Made by a program: the position numbers and the translations under genes. A stretch of 41,879 bases of DNA from an uncultured Gammaproteobacteria bacterium (GTDB lineage: Bacteria; Pseudomonadota; Gammaproteobacteria; DSM-19610), in contig CBDTYI010000001.1 of the NCBI GenBank assembly GCA_965364565.1, positions 1 through 41,879 on the forward strand, read 5' to 3'. Of this stretch, positions 9,488 through 22,774 are shown one piece after another. A model generated the notes under the pieces. That model had not been told where the DNA came from. It did not search any database and saw nothing but the letters and a program-made list of their open reading frames with translations. Each line of letters starts with the position of its first letter. The stretch's first letter is position 1.

Positions 9488-10160
9488 CCCACGCAATAAG
9501 GGCGTAAACACCGAACAGCATTACCACAAAACCGGCAACGTGGCGCGTGCGCGGGTCCCGCACCCGCGCCGCCAAGCCTGCAGCCGCTGCGCCCATCAGC
9601 AGCAGGTTTGGCAGTGTACCGAGTCCGAAGCAGAGCATGAGAGCGGCCCCCCGCAACGGATCTCCAGTTGCGATCGACCATATCAGCACGCTATATACGA
9701 GCCCGCACGGCAACCACCCCCACACCAGGCCCAGCAACAAGGCATGCAGCGGCGATCTTATCGGCAGAAAGCGGCGGCCCAGCGGCTCGAGCCGTGCCCA
9801 GACAATCCCGCCGGCTCGTTCGAGTACGGCCAGCGCCTTCCACCAACCACCAAGGTAGAGGCCCAGAGCGACCATGAAAAGTGCAGCGATCAGCTGCAGA
9901 TACTGCTGTGTCTGGTGCAAGCCGCTCCAGTTGGAGGCCAGCCAGCCTATCCCGCCCAGCAGCGCTCCGGCGAGCGTGTAGCTGATCAGCCGACCGAGGT
10001 TATAGGACAATAGAAAACGCCAGCGCGCCGTGCCGCGCCGCTGGCGTTCCGGGATCCCCAAAGACAGCGCGCCGACGATGCCACCACACATGCCAACGCA
10101 ATGCACCCCGCCCAGCAAGCCAACCAGGCAGGCAGCCAACAGGGACACCTCTGTCAACAT
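9477..10160 (-). CDS. DsbD_2/UreH-like membrane protein (often annotated sulfite exporter TauE/SafE family)
   Basis: GGVHCVGMCGG, YNLGRLISY, WGWLPCGLVY, FGLGTLP motifs. Confidence 0.85.
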   Translation of the reverse strand: MLTEVSLLAACLVGLLGGVHCVGMCGGIVGALSLGIPERQRRGTARWRFLLSYNLGRLISYTLAGALLGGIGWLASNWSGLHQTQQYLQLIAALFMVALGLYLGGWWKALAVLERAGGIVWARLEPLGRRFLPIRSPLHALLLGLVWGWLPCGLVYSVLIWSIATGDPLRGAALMLCFGLGTLPNLLLMGAAAAGLAARVRDPRTRHVAGFVVMLFGVYALIAWATQ

Positions 10161-10163
10161 GAA

Positions 10164-11384
10164 TCAACCATCGGCAAGCCAGTCGCGAAACCGCGTCAAT
10201 AGCAGCAACCCTGGCACCGCAATCAGCGCGCAACCCAGAAAAAATACGCTCCACCCGAGCCAGTCCGCGACATAGCCCGTGGGCGCGGCAACGATTACTC
10301 GCGGTATTCCCATGAGACTGCTCAGCAGAGCATACTGCGTGGCGGTAAATTTCCTGTTGGTCAGGGTCGCCATGAAGGCTACGAATGCAGCGGTGCCCAT
10401 ACCGGCACTGAGATTCTCGAAAGCGATTACGCCCGCCAGCATCGGCAGGCTGTAACCGATCACTGCGAGCAGCGCAAAACCAGCTGTAGACAGCGCTTGC
10501 AGGATCCCGAAACCCCAGAGCGCACTATAGATGCCGGTGCGCAGAATGAAGATCCCCCCCAACATACCACCGATTACGGTCGCCCAGAAACCAAACAGCT
10601 TGACCACCGCGCCTATCTCGGTCTTGCTGAATCCGATATCCAGATAAAACGGCGTTGTCATATGGCTCGCCATCGTATCGCCGACTTTGTAGAGCAGGAT
10701 AAACAACAGGATCAGCAGTGCGTGGCGGCGACGGAAATAATCGACAAACGGGTGAATCACCGCCTCGCGCAAATTGCGTGGCACGCCGGCTGCGATCTCC
10801 GGCTCCGGGGCGAACAGCGTCGTGACTATGCCCACCAGCATGCACATCGCCATTAACTGGTAGACCGCCGAAAAGGGCATGAAATCCGCCAGGATCAAAC
10901 CGCCGCCGGAAGCCAGCAGCATCCCGATGCGGTATCCGTTTACGTACAGTGAAGCACCGAGCCCCAGCTCATTGTCCGCCAGCGCTTCGCGACGATACGC
11001 ATCGATAACGATATCCTGGCTGGCGGAGAAAAAAGTGACCAGCCAGGCCGCCATTGCCACCACCAGGGGATTCTCGGCTGGCTGAGTCCATCCCAGCGCC
11101 GCAATTGCCACCATCAGGAGCACCTGCACCGCCAGCAACCAGCCGCGCCGGCGGCCCAACAGCGGCACGCCGAAGCGATCCGTCAGCGGCGCCCAGAGAA
11201 ACTTGAGCGTGTAGGGCAAGCCAACCAGCGCGAACAGTCCGATGGTGCCCAGGTCGACGCCCTCGTCGGTCATCCAGGCCTGCAACACCGACCCGGTCAG
11301 CAGCAGTGGCAGTCCGGACGAGAACCCCATCAGAAGCGCGACCAGCATACGCGCGGAGAAAACAGTGCCTACGATAGGATTCAT
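10164..11384 (-). CDS. ampG: Muropeptide MFS permease AmpG
   Basis: GFSSGLP, LKFLWAP, GRRRGW, SASQDIVIDAYR, TATQYALLSS. Confidence 0.93.
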   Translation of the reverse strand: MNPIVGTVFSARMLVALLMGFSSGLPLLLTGSVLQAWMTDEGVDLGTIGLFALVGLPYTLKFLWAPLTDRFGVPLLGRRRGWLLAVQVLLMVAIAALGWTQPAENPLVVAMAAWLVTFFSASQDIVIDAYRREALADNELGLGASLYVNGYRIGMLLASGGGLILADFMPFSAVYQLMAMCMLVGIVTTLFAPEPEIAAGVPRNLREAVIHPFVDYFRRRHALLILLFILLYKVGDTMASHMTTPFYLDIGFSKTEIGAVVKLFGFWATVIGGMLGGIFILRTGIYSALWGFGILQALSTAGFALLAVIGYSLPMLAGVIAFENLSAGMGTAAFVAFMATLTNRKFTATQYALLSSLMGIPRVIVAAPTGYVADWLGWSVFFLGCALIAVPGLLLLTRFRDWLADG

Positions 11385-11422
11385 GGTGGGTGTCGTGTGG
11401 GTCTTAAAAGCTCGTGAGTTAA

Positions 11423-12196
11423 CTACAGGGTGTAGTCATAATCCAGAATCAGGGGCGAGTGGTCGGAGAAGCGCTTCTCCTTGTAGATGCGCGCCCGTTG
11501 CACCCGCTCAGCCATGCCCGGCGTGACAACCTGATAATCTATACGCCACCCGACGTTCTTCTCCCAGGCGCGGCCACGATTGGACCACCAGGTGTACTGC
11601 TCGGGCCGCTGGTCGACACAGCGGAACGCGTCTACGAAACCTGCGGGCCCGAACAGTTCGTCCATCCAGGCGCGCTCCTCGGGCAGAAATCCGGAATTCT
11701 TGATGTTGCCGCGCCAGTTCTTGAGATCGATCTGTTTGTGGGCAATATTCCAGTCACCGCAGATGACGTACTCGCGCCGCTTTTGGCGCAACTCACGCAG
11801 ATACCGCATGAACCGCTCCAGCATGTGAAACTTTATCTGCTGCCGCTGTGCGCTGGATGAGCCTGAATGCAGGTAGAGTGAAATCACGCTCAGTGGTCCA
11901 AACCGGGCTTCCAGGTAGCGTCCTTCGGCATCGACGTCCGGCCAGCCCAACCCCTCGACGACTCGATCCGGCTTATGCCTGGAGTAGATCGCAACGCCAC
12001 TATAGCCTCTCTTATCGGCATCGTGGAAATAGGCATGGTAACCGCGCGGCCAGAACACGCGGTCCTGCAGCTGTCCGATCTGGGCTTTGGTTTCCTGAAT
12101 ACACACCATATCGGCCCGCTGCCGTGTCATCCAGCTGAAAAAGCCCTTGCGGGCCGCTGCCCGGATTCCATTGACGTTGACGGTGATAATACGCAT
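11423..12196 (-). CDS. xth: Exodeoxyribonuclease III / AP endonuclease (at the position occupied by crc in Pseudomonas)
   Basis: MRIITVNVNGIRAA, QETK, GDWNIAH, GWRIDY, SDHSP; start placed at ATG 12196; divergent from pyrE. Confidence 0.92.
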   Translation of the reverse strand: MRIITVNVNGIRAAARKGFFSWMTRQRADMVCIQETKAQIGQLQDRVFWPRGYHAYFHDADKRGYSGVAIYSRHKPDRVVEGLGWPDVDAEGRYLEARFGPLSVISLYLHSGSSSAQRQQIKFHMLERFMRYLRELRQKRREYVICGDWNIAHKQIDLKNWRGNIKNSGFLPEERAWMDELFGPAGFVDAFRCVDQRPEQYTWWSNRGRAWEKNVGWRIDYQVVTPGMAERVQRARIYKEKRFSDHSPLILDYDYTL

Positions 12197-12414
12197 GATT
12201 TCTCCTGCCGCACCAGGCTGCATCATAAACAAATTCAGTCCATAAATGGTGGCAGCCCCCCCGCGCCAAGCACGCTGACGTTGCCGGACAGAAAAATGCA
12301 TGGCCTCGCGAGCGCGTCCCGCGCGGCGAGACACCCCTCGAGTCGCGGCTGCGTATGACGCCGCACAGCAGCGCGTGTATGATAACGACGCGTTGTTGCC
12401 CGTGGTGATCGCAA

Positions 12415-13110
12415 ATGCAGGCATATAAAGAAGACTTCCTCGAATTTGCCATAGCGGCAGGAGTACTCAGGTTTGGCCGATTCACGCTCAAGTCGGGCCG
12501 CGTAAGTCCCTATTTCTTCAATGCCGGGCTGTTCAATACCGGCCGCCATCTGGCGCGCCTGGGGCGTTGCTATGCGCAAGCAATAGTGGAATCGGGCTTG
12601 CGCTTCGACGTGCTGTTCGGTCCTGCATACAAAGGAATTCCTCTGGCTGCGGCCACCGGCATCGCACTCGCCGATCACCATGACATCGATATCCCCTATT
12701 GCTTCAACCGCAAGGAGGCCAAACAGCACGGGGAAGGCGGCAATCTGGTGGGCGCGCCGCTCTCCGGCCGTGTCACGCCGGTGCACAGGTTCGCCAGCAG
12801 CGCGCCGCTCTCCGGCCGCGTCCTGATTATCGATGACGTCATTACGGCCGGAACGGCTATTCGTGAATCGCTGGAAATTATCCAGGCCAGCGACTCCCAG
12901 GCTGTGGGTGTTGTCATCGCGCTGGACCGGCAGGAGCGCGGACAGGGCGAGCGCTCGGCAATTCAGGAGGTAGAGCACGACCTTAACCTCAGCGTGACAA
13001 GCATCGTTACGCTCGCCGAAGTGCAGCAATTTCTGGCCGGTAAAACCGAGTATAGAGAGCCGCTCAAGGCTATTGAAGCCTATCGAAACCGATACGGAGT
13101 AAGCAGCTGA
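12415..13110 (+). CDS. pyrE: Orotate phosphoribosyltransferase (carries a 16-aa in-frame insertion)
   Basis: [40 protein letters not shown]. Confidence 0.97.
   Translation: MQAYKEDFLEFAIAAGVLRFGRFTLKSGRVSPYFFNAGLFNTGRHLARLGRCYAQAIVESGLRFDVLFGPAYKGIPLAAATGIALADHHDIDIPYCFNRKEAKQHGEGGNLVGAPLSGRVTPVHRFASSAPLSGRVLIIDDVITAGTAIRESLEIIQASDSQAVGVVIALDRQERGQGERSAIQEVEHDLNLSVTSIVTLAEVQQFLAGKTEYREPLKAIEAYRNRYGVSS
12752..12818 (+). repeat. 19-bp direct repeat GCGCGCCGCTCTCCGGCCG with 48-bp period inside pyrE
   Basis: Exact copies at 12752-12770 and 12800-12818; the protein reads [23 protein letters not shown]. Confidence 0.9.
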
Positions 13111-13153
13111 AACCGGAGTTCGCCAAGCGGTACCCGCGTCTGCACAGCAGCGC

Positions 13154-13909
13154 TCAACCCCAGACCAACTTGATCCCGATTGACAGAGTGATCACCTCAA
13201 AAGCCCGCTTGATCCAGCGGTTGCCCTTGGTGATTGCGAGGTGCGCTCCCAGGTATCCTCCAAGCAACGAACCTGCCAGCAACACCGGCAGCCAGCTCCA
13301 GCGGATTTCGGCCAGAAACCCCAGGGTCAGGGCTCCCGTACCGTTCCAGAACACCCCGACCAGCACCAGCGTGTAGGCAACAGCCCGCCGGTAATCGAAT
13401 CCAAACCAGCGCACCAGCCAGAGGGTGACGAACAGTCCGGTGCCCGAGGTGAGCGAACCGTTCAGGGCACCGATAAAGAACAACCCCAGGCCACCCAGCA
13501 TCAGGCCTCGGCGGTCCCGATTTCTGACCTGGTGACTCTGGCCCAGCTGCGGATTCAGCCACGAATACAGCCCCAGACCGGCGGTCAAAATACCCAGGGC
13601 GATTTCTGCTGCCCGCCCGGATACGCCGACGATGAGGTGGGCGCCCACCACCACACCCGGCAAACCAGTTGCAAGTATAAACAGTGCAATGCTTTTTTCG
13701 AGCCCGCCCTCCCTCAAGTGACGTAGTGTGGCGCCGATACCAAGAGCGACACTGGCAACTTTGTGGGTCGCTAGCGCAACCACGAATGGCAGCCCCAGAA
13801 AGATCAACGCGGGCAGCTGAATCAGCCCGGCTCCGCCCCCCGAAAACGCTGAGAACAGATTCGCTACCAGCGAGATGACAAACAGGACCAGTTGATCAAT
13901 GCTATCCAT
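13154..13909 (-). CDS. Sulfite exporter TauE/SafE family membrane protein
   Basis: SAFSGGGAGLI, ALATHK, NGSLTSGTG, GGYLGAH motifs; about 8 hydrophobic segments; start placed at ATG 13909. Confidence 0.88.
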   Translation of the reverse strand: MDSIDQLVLFVISLVANLFSAFSGGGAGLIQLPALIFLGLPFVVALATHKVASVALGIGATLRHLREGGLEKSIALFILATGLPGVVVGAHLIVGVSGRAAEIALGILTAGLGLYSWLNPQLGQSHQVRNRDRRGLMLGGLGLFFIGALNGSLTSGTGLFVTLWLVRWFGFDYRRAVAYTLVLVGVFWNGTGALTLGFLAEIRWSWLPVLLAGSLLGGYLGAHLAITKGNRWIKRAFEVITLSIGIKLVWG

Positions 13910-13976
13910 GACACATCTAATCAAACTCCGTACCGAACCAGATTCGAGCGGGCAAAGCCGCGCGATAAGCCGGCTG

Positions 13977-14603
13977 ATGATCGCGGTCGCTGCGGCGCTG
14001 CTGGTTTCGACACCGGCTCTGCACGCCGGCAAACTCTATAAATGGATCGATGAGAGTGGCCAGGTACGCTACGGCGACCGGGTTCCGCCGGAATACGCGA
14101 AGCGGCGCAACGAAACACTCAACAGCCAGGGTATCGTGGTAGAAACCAAGGCCGCGCAGAAAACCAAGGAACAGCTCGCCGAAGAACAGCGCGTCGCCGC
14201 TCTGCAAGCCGCAGAAGAGCGCAGAAAAAGCGAACAGGCCCGCAAAGATCGTATTCTTCTCGACACTTTCACCAACGAGGACGAAATGATCCTGACACGG
14301 GACGGCAAGCTCGAGGCGATCGAAGCCGTTATTCGCGTCACCAAGGGCCGCATTGAAAAACTCCGGCAGAGGCTGTCTGACCTCACCAGGCGGGCCGCTA
14401 ATCTCGAACGCGCCGGTCGCCCGATAGCTCCTGAATTGAGCGAGCAGATCGCTGACTCACGCAGCCAGATACGACACAATCTCCAGTACATCGAAAACCG
14501 CAAGCAGGAGCAGCACGCAATTCGCGAGAAATTCGAACAGGACATCAAGCGGTTTCGCGAGCTGAAGCTCGCCGAGGCCGAAGCCAGAGCGGCGCAACAC
14601 TAG
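13977..14603 (+). CDS. DUF4124 domain exported protein with coiled-coil C-terminus
   Basis: Signal peptide then LYKWIDESGQVRYGD (DUF4124 motif). Start uncertain (13908 or 13977). Confidence 0.8.
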   Translation: MIAVAAALLVSTPALHAGKLYKWIDESGQVRYGDRVPPEYAKRRNETLNSQGIVVETKAAQKTKEQLAEEQRVAALQAAEERRKSEQARKDRILLDTFTNEDEMILTRDGKLEAIEAVIRVTKGRIEKLRQRLSDLTRRAANLERAGRPIAPELSEQIADSRSQIRHNLQYIENRKQEQHAIREKFEQDIKRFRELKLAEAEARAAQH

Positions 14604-14763
14604 GAGCCTGTCTGAGTCATCAAGGCACTACTGCGGCGGCCACAGCGCTCAATTACTGCGCTCCATCGTCGTCGCATAGCGCCGGATATCCTTCTCAGAC
14701 GATCGCAGTACTGTCCCCGCTTTCCCGCGCGCCTCGCTACGCACAGATGACTCGGACAGGCTG
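14604..14763. mobile_element. MITE-like non-autonomous element with 18-bp terminal inverted repeats and CTAG target duplication
   Basis: Left IR GAGCCTGTCTGAGTCATC (14604-14621); right IR reverse complement CAGCCTGTCCGAGTCATC (14746-14763), 16/18 match; CTAG at 14600-14603 and 14764-14767. Confidence 0.8.
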
Positions 14764-18229
<3,466 letters not shown>

Positions 18230-18264
18230 TTCTATCCCCGCATCTGGGTAGTTGCACAGGCCTG

Positions 18265-18720
18265 TCAGGCGCGCCCGGTGTGTCCGAACCCGCCGGCCCC
18301 GCGCGAGCTGTCGACAAATTCATCCACCACTTCGAAACGGGGACGCACCACCGGCACGAACAGCATCTGCGCAATACGCTCGCCTGGTTCAATGCTGAAG
18401 TGGTCCTCGCCACGGTTCCAGCACGAGACATACAGCTGCCCCTGATAATCGGAGTCTATCAGCCCTACCAGGTTGCCCAGCACGATCCCGTGCTTGTGGC
18501 CCAGCCCCGAACGCGGAAGCAGCACAGCTGCCAGGCCCGGATCGGCGATGTGAATCGCGATACCGGTGGGCAGCAGCTCCGTCTGCCCGGGCGCGAGACT
18601 AAGCGTCTCATCAAGGCAGGCGCGCAAATCCATGGCGGCGGAACCGTCAGTCGCATAATGCGGCAGAGGATATTCGCTACCGATGCGTGAATCGAGAATT
18701 TTAAGCTGAATTTTCTGCAT
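18265..18720 (-). CDS. dut: dUTP diphosphatase
   Basis: [32 protein letters not shown]. Confidence 0.97.
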   Translation of the reverse strand: MQKIQLKILDSRIGSEYPLPHYATDGSAAMDLRACLDETLSLAPGQTELLPTGIAIHIADPGLAAVLLPRSGLGHKHGIVLGNLVGLIDSDYQGQLYVSCWNRGEDHFSIEPGERIAQMLFVPVVRPRFEVVDEFVDSSRGAGGFGHTGRA

Positions 18721-19939
18721 GGTCCTGAGACAAACCCCCGGATTCGGTTCTGTTTCGATACAAATCGGCGATACGCTCGATCAGGCGGCGCGCCAGTCGC
18801 GTCTTGGCATCCATGGCCAGTAATTCACTGCCTCCCTCCCAGACGAGCAGCAACTCGTTTTGGTCGGTCTCGAAGCCCCGGCCTTTCCCGACCCGGTTGG
18901 CGGCGATCATCTCCACGCCTTTGCCCAGCCGCTTCTTCTGCGCATGGCGCTCCAGCTGCTCGGTTTCCGCAGCGAAGCCGACGCAAAACGGCCGATTTTT
19001 CAGCGCCGCGACGGTCGCCAGGATGTCCGGTGCAGGCTGTAGACCCAGGGTGGTGCAGTCGGCCTGCTTCTTGATTTTGCGCGTTGAGGGGCTTATCGGC
19101 CGGTAGTCCGCTACCGCGGCCGCCGCGATGAACAGGTCACAGCCCGCGGCAACCTGGGCCAGTACCGCCTCCAGCATCTGCTGCGCAGATTCCACCATGG
19201 TGCGCGCGACGCCATCAGGCGCCTCCAGGGCGACCGGCCCGCTCACCAGTGACACCTCGGCACCGGCCTCGCGGGCGGCCTGCGCAACCGCATAGCCCAT
19301 TTTCCCGGAACTGCGATTGCTGATGAAACGCACCGGATCGATCGCTTCGCGAGTCGGGCCGGCAGTGACAACGACCCTGACACCGGCCAGCCGCGCACTG
19401 GAGAACGACTCGGCGACAGCACGCACCAGCGCGTCGGGCTCCAGCATGCGCCCCAGGCCGCTTTCACCGCAGGCCTGCTCCCCCGCGGCCGGGCCCCAGA
19501 TTTGCACATTGCGTTCGCGCAACAGCGCGACATTGTGACGTGTCGCCGCGTTGCCCCACATGGCCTGGTTCATGGCCGGCGCGACGGCGAGCGGCGCTGT
19601 GCTGGCCAGACAGACCGCGGCCAGCAGGTCATTGGCCCGACCGTGCGCCAGCCGCGCCAAAGTGTCGGCACTCGCGGGTGCGATCAGAATAAGGTCTGCC
19701 CAGCGCGCCAGCTCAATATGGTCCATTCCGGTTCGGTCATCGGACCAGTCGCTCCAGACGCTCTCGCCGCTGAGCGCCTGAAAGGTCCTGGCGGCAACGA
19801 ATCCGGTCGCGGCGGGCGTCATAACCACCCGCACCGCGGCCCCGACAGCCCGCAATCGGCGTACCAGTTCGGCGCTCTTGTAGGCGGCGATACCGCCGCA
19901 CACACCAAGTAAAATCCGCTTCTGCAAAAGAAAATTCAT
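18701..19939 (-). CDS. coaBC: Phosphopantothenoylcysteine decarboxylase/ligase
   Basis: [42 protein letters not shown]; start placed at ATG 19939. Confidence 0.96.
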   Translation of the reverse strand: MNFLLQKRILLGVCGGIAAYKSAELVRRLRAVGAAVRVVMTPAATGFVAARTFQALSGESVWSDWSDDRTGMDHIELARWADLILIAPASADTLARLAHGRANDLLAAVCLASTAPLAVAPAMNQAMWGNAATRHNVALLRERNVQIWGPAAGEQACGESGLGRMLEPDALVRAVAESFSSARLAGVRVVVTAGPTREAIDPVRFISNRSSGKMGYAVAQAAREAGAEVSLVSGPVALEAPDGVARTMVESAQQMLEAVLAQVAAGCDLFIAAAAVADYRPISPSTRKIKKQADCTTLGLQPAPDILATVAALKNRPFCVGFAAETEQLERHAQKKRLGKGVEMIAANRVGKGRGFETDQNELLLVWEGGSELLAMDAKTRLARRLIERIADLYRNRTESGGLSQDHAENSA

Positions 19940-20098
19940 TGGGCGGCAGTTTACCAGAACCCTGGCCACCGGAAAGGGCACGGATTCGCGCTTTACAGCG
20001 CCACAAGTGCTCGCCATTATCCCGCTTGCAGGGGCGAAACCACGGGACGGATTCACCCTGCGCGCAACATCACATAGATGGCACACAAGGAGGTATCC

Positions 20099-20773
20099 AT
20101 GCCCATTACCGACTGGCCGGAAGCCGAGCGCCCCCGGGAAAAACTCCTGGCGCTCGGGCCCGGTGCATTATCCGATGCAGAGTTGCTGGCTATTTTTCTG
20201 CGCACCGGCGTACGCGGACAGACGGCGGTCGAGCTGGCGCGCAGCCTGATCACCGAGTTCGGCACCCTGCGCGCCTTGTTCCAGGCGGACGCCAGGCGTT
20301 TCTGCGCCACCCGCGGACTCGGCACCGCCAAATACGCTCAGCTGCACGCGGCGCTGGAGCTGACCCGTCGGCAGCTGCGCGAACGCCTTGGCCACAGTCA
20401 GGCCATCACCAATCCGGCCGATACGGAACACTACCTGACCGCGAGACTGCGCGATTATCCTTACGAGGTGTTCGCCTGCCTGTTCCTGGATACCCGCCAC
20501 CGCATCATCACTTACGAGGAACTGTTCCGCGGCACCATCGACGGCGCGAGCGTGCACCCCCGCGAAGTCGTGCGCCGTGCGCTGCAGCATAACGCTGCTG
20601 CAGTGATCTTCGCGCACAATCACCCTTCCGGGGTCGCCGAACCCAGCCAGGCAGATCAGCGCCTGACCCGGCGACTGTCCGAGGCGCTGGGCCTGATCGA
20701 CGTGAGGGTGCTGGACCATTTGGTGATTGGAGACCACGCTGCCGTGTCTTTTGCCCAGCGAGGCATGATTTAA
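20099..20773 (+). CDS. radC: RadC/YicR JAB-domain protein
   Basis: [31 protein letters not shown]; AAGGAGG RBS before ATG 20099; usual coaBC-radC-rpmB context. Confidence 0.95.
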   Translation: MPITDWPEAERPREKLLALGPGALSDAELLAIFLRTGVRGQTAVELARSLITEFGTLRALFQADARRFCATRGLGTAKYAQLHAALELTRRQLRERLGHSQAITNPADTEHYLTARLRDYPYEVFACLFLDTRHRIITYEELFRGTIDGASVHPREVVRRALQHNAAAVIFAHNHPSGVAEPSQADQRLTRRLSEALGLIDVRVLDHLVIGDHAAVSFAQRGMI

Positions 20774-20852
20774 CCTCTTGCTTTTACGATTGTTTATGTT
20801 CATCTCAGGGATCGGGCGCGGCTGGCAACAAGCGAGGGTCGATGCCCCGGCC

Positions 20853-20881
20853 TTGTCCGTTGCCGGGCTCTCTGGTATAAA
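20853..20881 (+). promoter_or_regulatory. Sigma70 promoter of rpmB-rpmG
   Basis: TTGTCC, 17-nt spacer, TATAAA, with an extended TGn element. Confidence 0.65.
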
Positions 20882-20938
20882 ACGCGGTTCCCGCTGCCCG
20901 CGGAGACCGGGTTGCGCAAGAATTTGAGGAAGATAACG

Positions 20939-21175
20939 ATGTCCAAAGTCTGTCAGGTCACCGGGAAGCGCCCCGTTACGGGCAACAACGTTTCCCACGC
21001 GCACAATAAAACCCGTCGCCGGTTCCTGCCGAACCTGCATACCCACCGTTTCTGGGTCGAAGCGGAGCAACGCTGGGTCAGGCTGCGTGTATCCTCCAAG
21101 GGCATGCGCATTATCGACAAACAGGGCATCGAATCGGTGCTGGCCGATATTCGCGCGCGTGGCGAAAAGGTCTGA
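20939..21175 (+). CDS. rpmB: 50S ribosomal protein L28
   Basis: [10 protein letters not shown]...[19 protein letters not shown]. Confidence 0.98.
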   Translation: MSKVCQVTGKRPVTGNNVSHAHNKTRRRFLPNLHTHRFWVEAEQRWVRLRVSSKGMRIIDKQGIESVLADIRARGEKV

Positions 21176-21186
21176 GGGAGCAGGTC

Positions 21187-21342
21187 ATGAGAGACAAGAT
21201 CAAACTCGTGTCGAGCGCCGGAACCGGCCATTTCTACACTACCACCAAGAACAAACGCACCATGCCGGACAAGCTGGAGCTGAAGAAATATGACCCGGTT
21301 GTGCGCAAGCACGTGGTCTACAAAGAAGGCAAAATCAAGTAG
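21187..21342 (+). CDS. rpmG: 50S ribosomal protein L33 (51 aa, below the ORF-track cutoff)
   Basis: Hand translation: [51 protein letters not shown]. Confidence 0.98.
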   Translation: MRDKIKLVSSAGTGHFYTTTKNKRTMPDKLELKKYDPVVRKHVVYKEGKIK

Positions 21343-21356
21343 TCTGCCCGGGATAA

Positions 21357-21405
21357 ACCTGAGCAAGAAAAAGCCCGGCTATGCCGGGCTTTTTCTTGCT
21401 CAGGT
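21357..21405. terminator. Bidirectional intrinsic terminator between rpmG and desA
   Basis: Perfect 23-bp inverted repeat ACCTGAGCAAGAAAAAGCCCGGC-TAT-GCCGGGCTTTTTCTTGCTCAGGT with A/T tracts on both sides. Confidence 0.9.
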
Positions 21406-21423
21406 GGTGGAAGAGTTCAGCCC

Positions 21424-22626
21424 TTACGCACCCTGCAGACTGTAACCCTTGAGGCGCCGCGCGAACATCTCCAGCGCATCGACGCCGGTAGCTTCCGCCT
21501 GCTGGCACCACTCCTGCAACGCCTGCAGCAGCTTGTCGTGGCTGGTGGCGGACCGATCCCAGATCGCCTGCAGGCGTTCGCGGAACTGATACGCGGTACG
21601 CAACGCAGCAAACCGCTCGAGCGCTGCCTCCAGCATGCCCCGGCTGCGGTCATCCATCGTTTGGGGGTTGCGCACCAGCAGTCGCCGCGCCGCACGCAGG
21701 CGGCTGCGGCAGGCAACATCCCTGCAGCGCAACTCCTGCCGGAGCACGGGCAGAAGAACCTCACGCGCATAGCTCGACATGACGTGCAAACGGCTCGCGA
21801 ACACCGCGCGCAGGGTATCCATGTCGATACGTTCCTTGCTGGGCAGGATACGGGGCTGCGGCGCCAGCTTCTTCACGCGCGCCAGGCCCAAGGTCCGCAA
21901 CAGCACAATATAGCCCCAGCCGACATCGACTTCCCACCAGCGGGTGGAAAACTTCGCTGAACTGGCAAAGGCATGATGGTTGTTGTGCAACTCTTCGCCG
22001 CCGATCAGCACGCCCAGCCAGGCGATGTTCCGGGACGCGTCGACAGTCTCGTAATTGCGGTAACCCCACCAGTGCCCAAGGCCATTGATGACGCCGGCCG
22101 CCCAGAATGGAATCCAGAGCATCTGCACCCCCCACAATGCCACGCCGGCAAATCCGAACAACAGATAATCGGCCACCAGCATCATCGATACACCGAGGAT
22201 CGGGTAACGGGCGTAAACATTACGCTCCAGCCAATCGTCCGGCGTATGATGACCATACTGCTCCAGCGTGTGCCGATTGGCGGCTTCCGCCTGATACAGC
22301 TCCGCCCCTTGCCAAAGCACCGTTGCAATGCCACGCGTTTGCGGACTGTGCGGATCATCCGGAGTTTCGCATTTGGCATGATGCTTGCGGTGAATCGCGA
22401 CCCACTCGCGCGTCACCATGCCGGTGGTCAGCCACAGCCAGAAGCGAAAGAAATGGCTTGCCATGGGGTGCAGATCCAGAGCACGGTGCGCCTGGTGGCG
22501 GTGCAGATACACGGTAACGCTGACAATCGTCACATGGGTCAGGCCAAGCCCGACCAGCACATAGCCCCACCATGGCAAGTGAAACAATCCGGCGTACCAG
22601 GAAAAATCGGAAACAAGCTCGTACAT
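21424..22626 (-). CDS. desA: Delta-9 fatty acid desaturase, DesA type
   Basis: His boxes HRHQAH, HRKHH and HNNHH; C-terminal helical extension typical of DesA. Confidence 0.9.
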   Translation of the reverse strand: MYELVSDFSWYAGLFHLPWWGYVLVGLGLTHVTIVSVTVYLHRHQAHRALDLHPMASHFFRFWLWLTTGMVTREWVAIHRKHHAKCETPDDPHSPQTRGIATVLWQGAELYQAEAANRHTLEQYGHHTPDDWLERNVYARYPILGVSMMLVADYLLFGFAGVALWGVQMLWIPFWAAGVINGLGHWWGYRNYETVDASRNIAWLGVLIGGEELHNNHHAFASSAKFSTRWWEVDVGWGYIVLLRTLGLARVKKLAPQPRILPSKERIDMDTLRAVFASRLHVMSSYAREVLLPVLRQELRCRDVACRSRLRAARRLLVRNPQTMDDRSRGMLEAALERFAALRTAYQFRERLQAIWDRSATSHDKLLQALQEWCQQAEATGVDALEMFARRLKGYSLQGA

Positions 22627-22774
22627 GGAAACCTCTGGAGAGTGCATAAGCTGCGTATAATACCACAGCGGCGCCCGGCAACAGTTTTTTACCGGGCGCG
22701 CCGATAAACGGCGGAATCCGGATACCAGGGACCGTTTCCACTTTTTTCACTTTATGACGTGCTGACCACAGGCT

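Noticed and set aside
12752-12818. Repeat-spacer-repeat in pyrE as a mini CRISPR array
   Set aside because: Only two 19-bp copies, the repeat is pyrE coding sequence, and there is no leader or cas gene.
20099-20773. radC as a marker of a mobile element
   Set aside because: It is the full-length chromosomal form in the canonical coaBC-radC-rpmB-rpmG context.
21424-21800. C-terminal region of DesA, sometimes auto-annotated as transposase-like
   Set aside because: It is a normal part of DesA-type desaturases; no IS ends or DDE motif are visible.
22668-22703. GCGCCCGG/CCGGGCGC inverted repeat between desA and the EAL-HDOD gene
   Set aside because: A short GC-rich stem that could arise by chance; no recognisable operator or terminator context.
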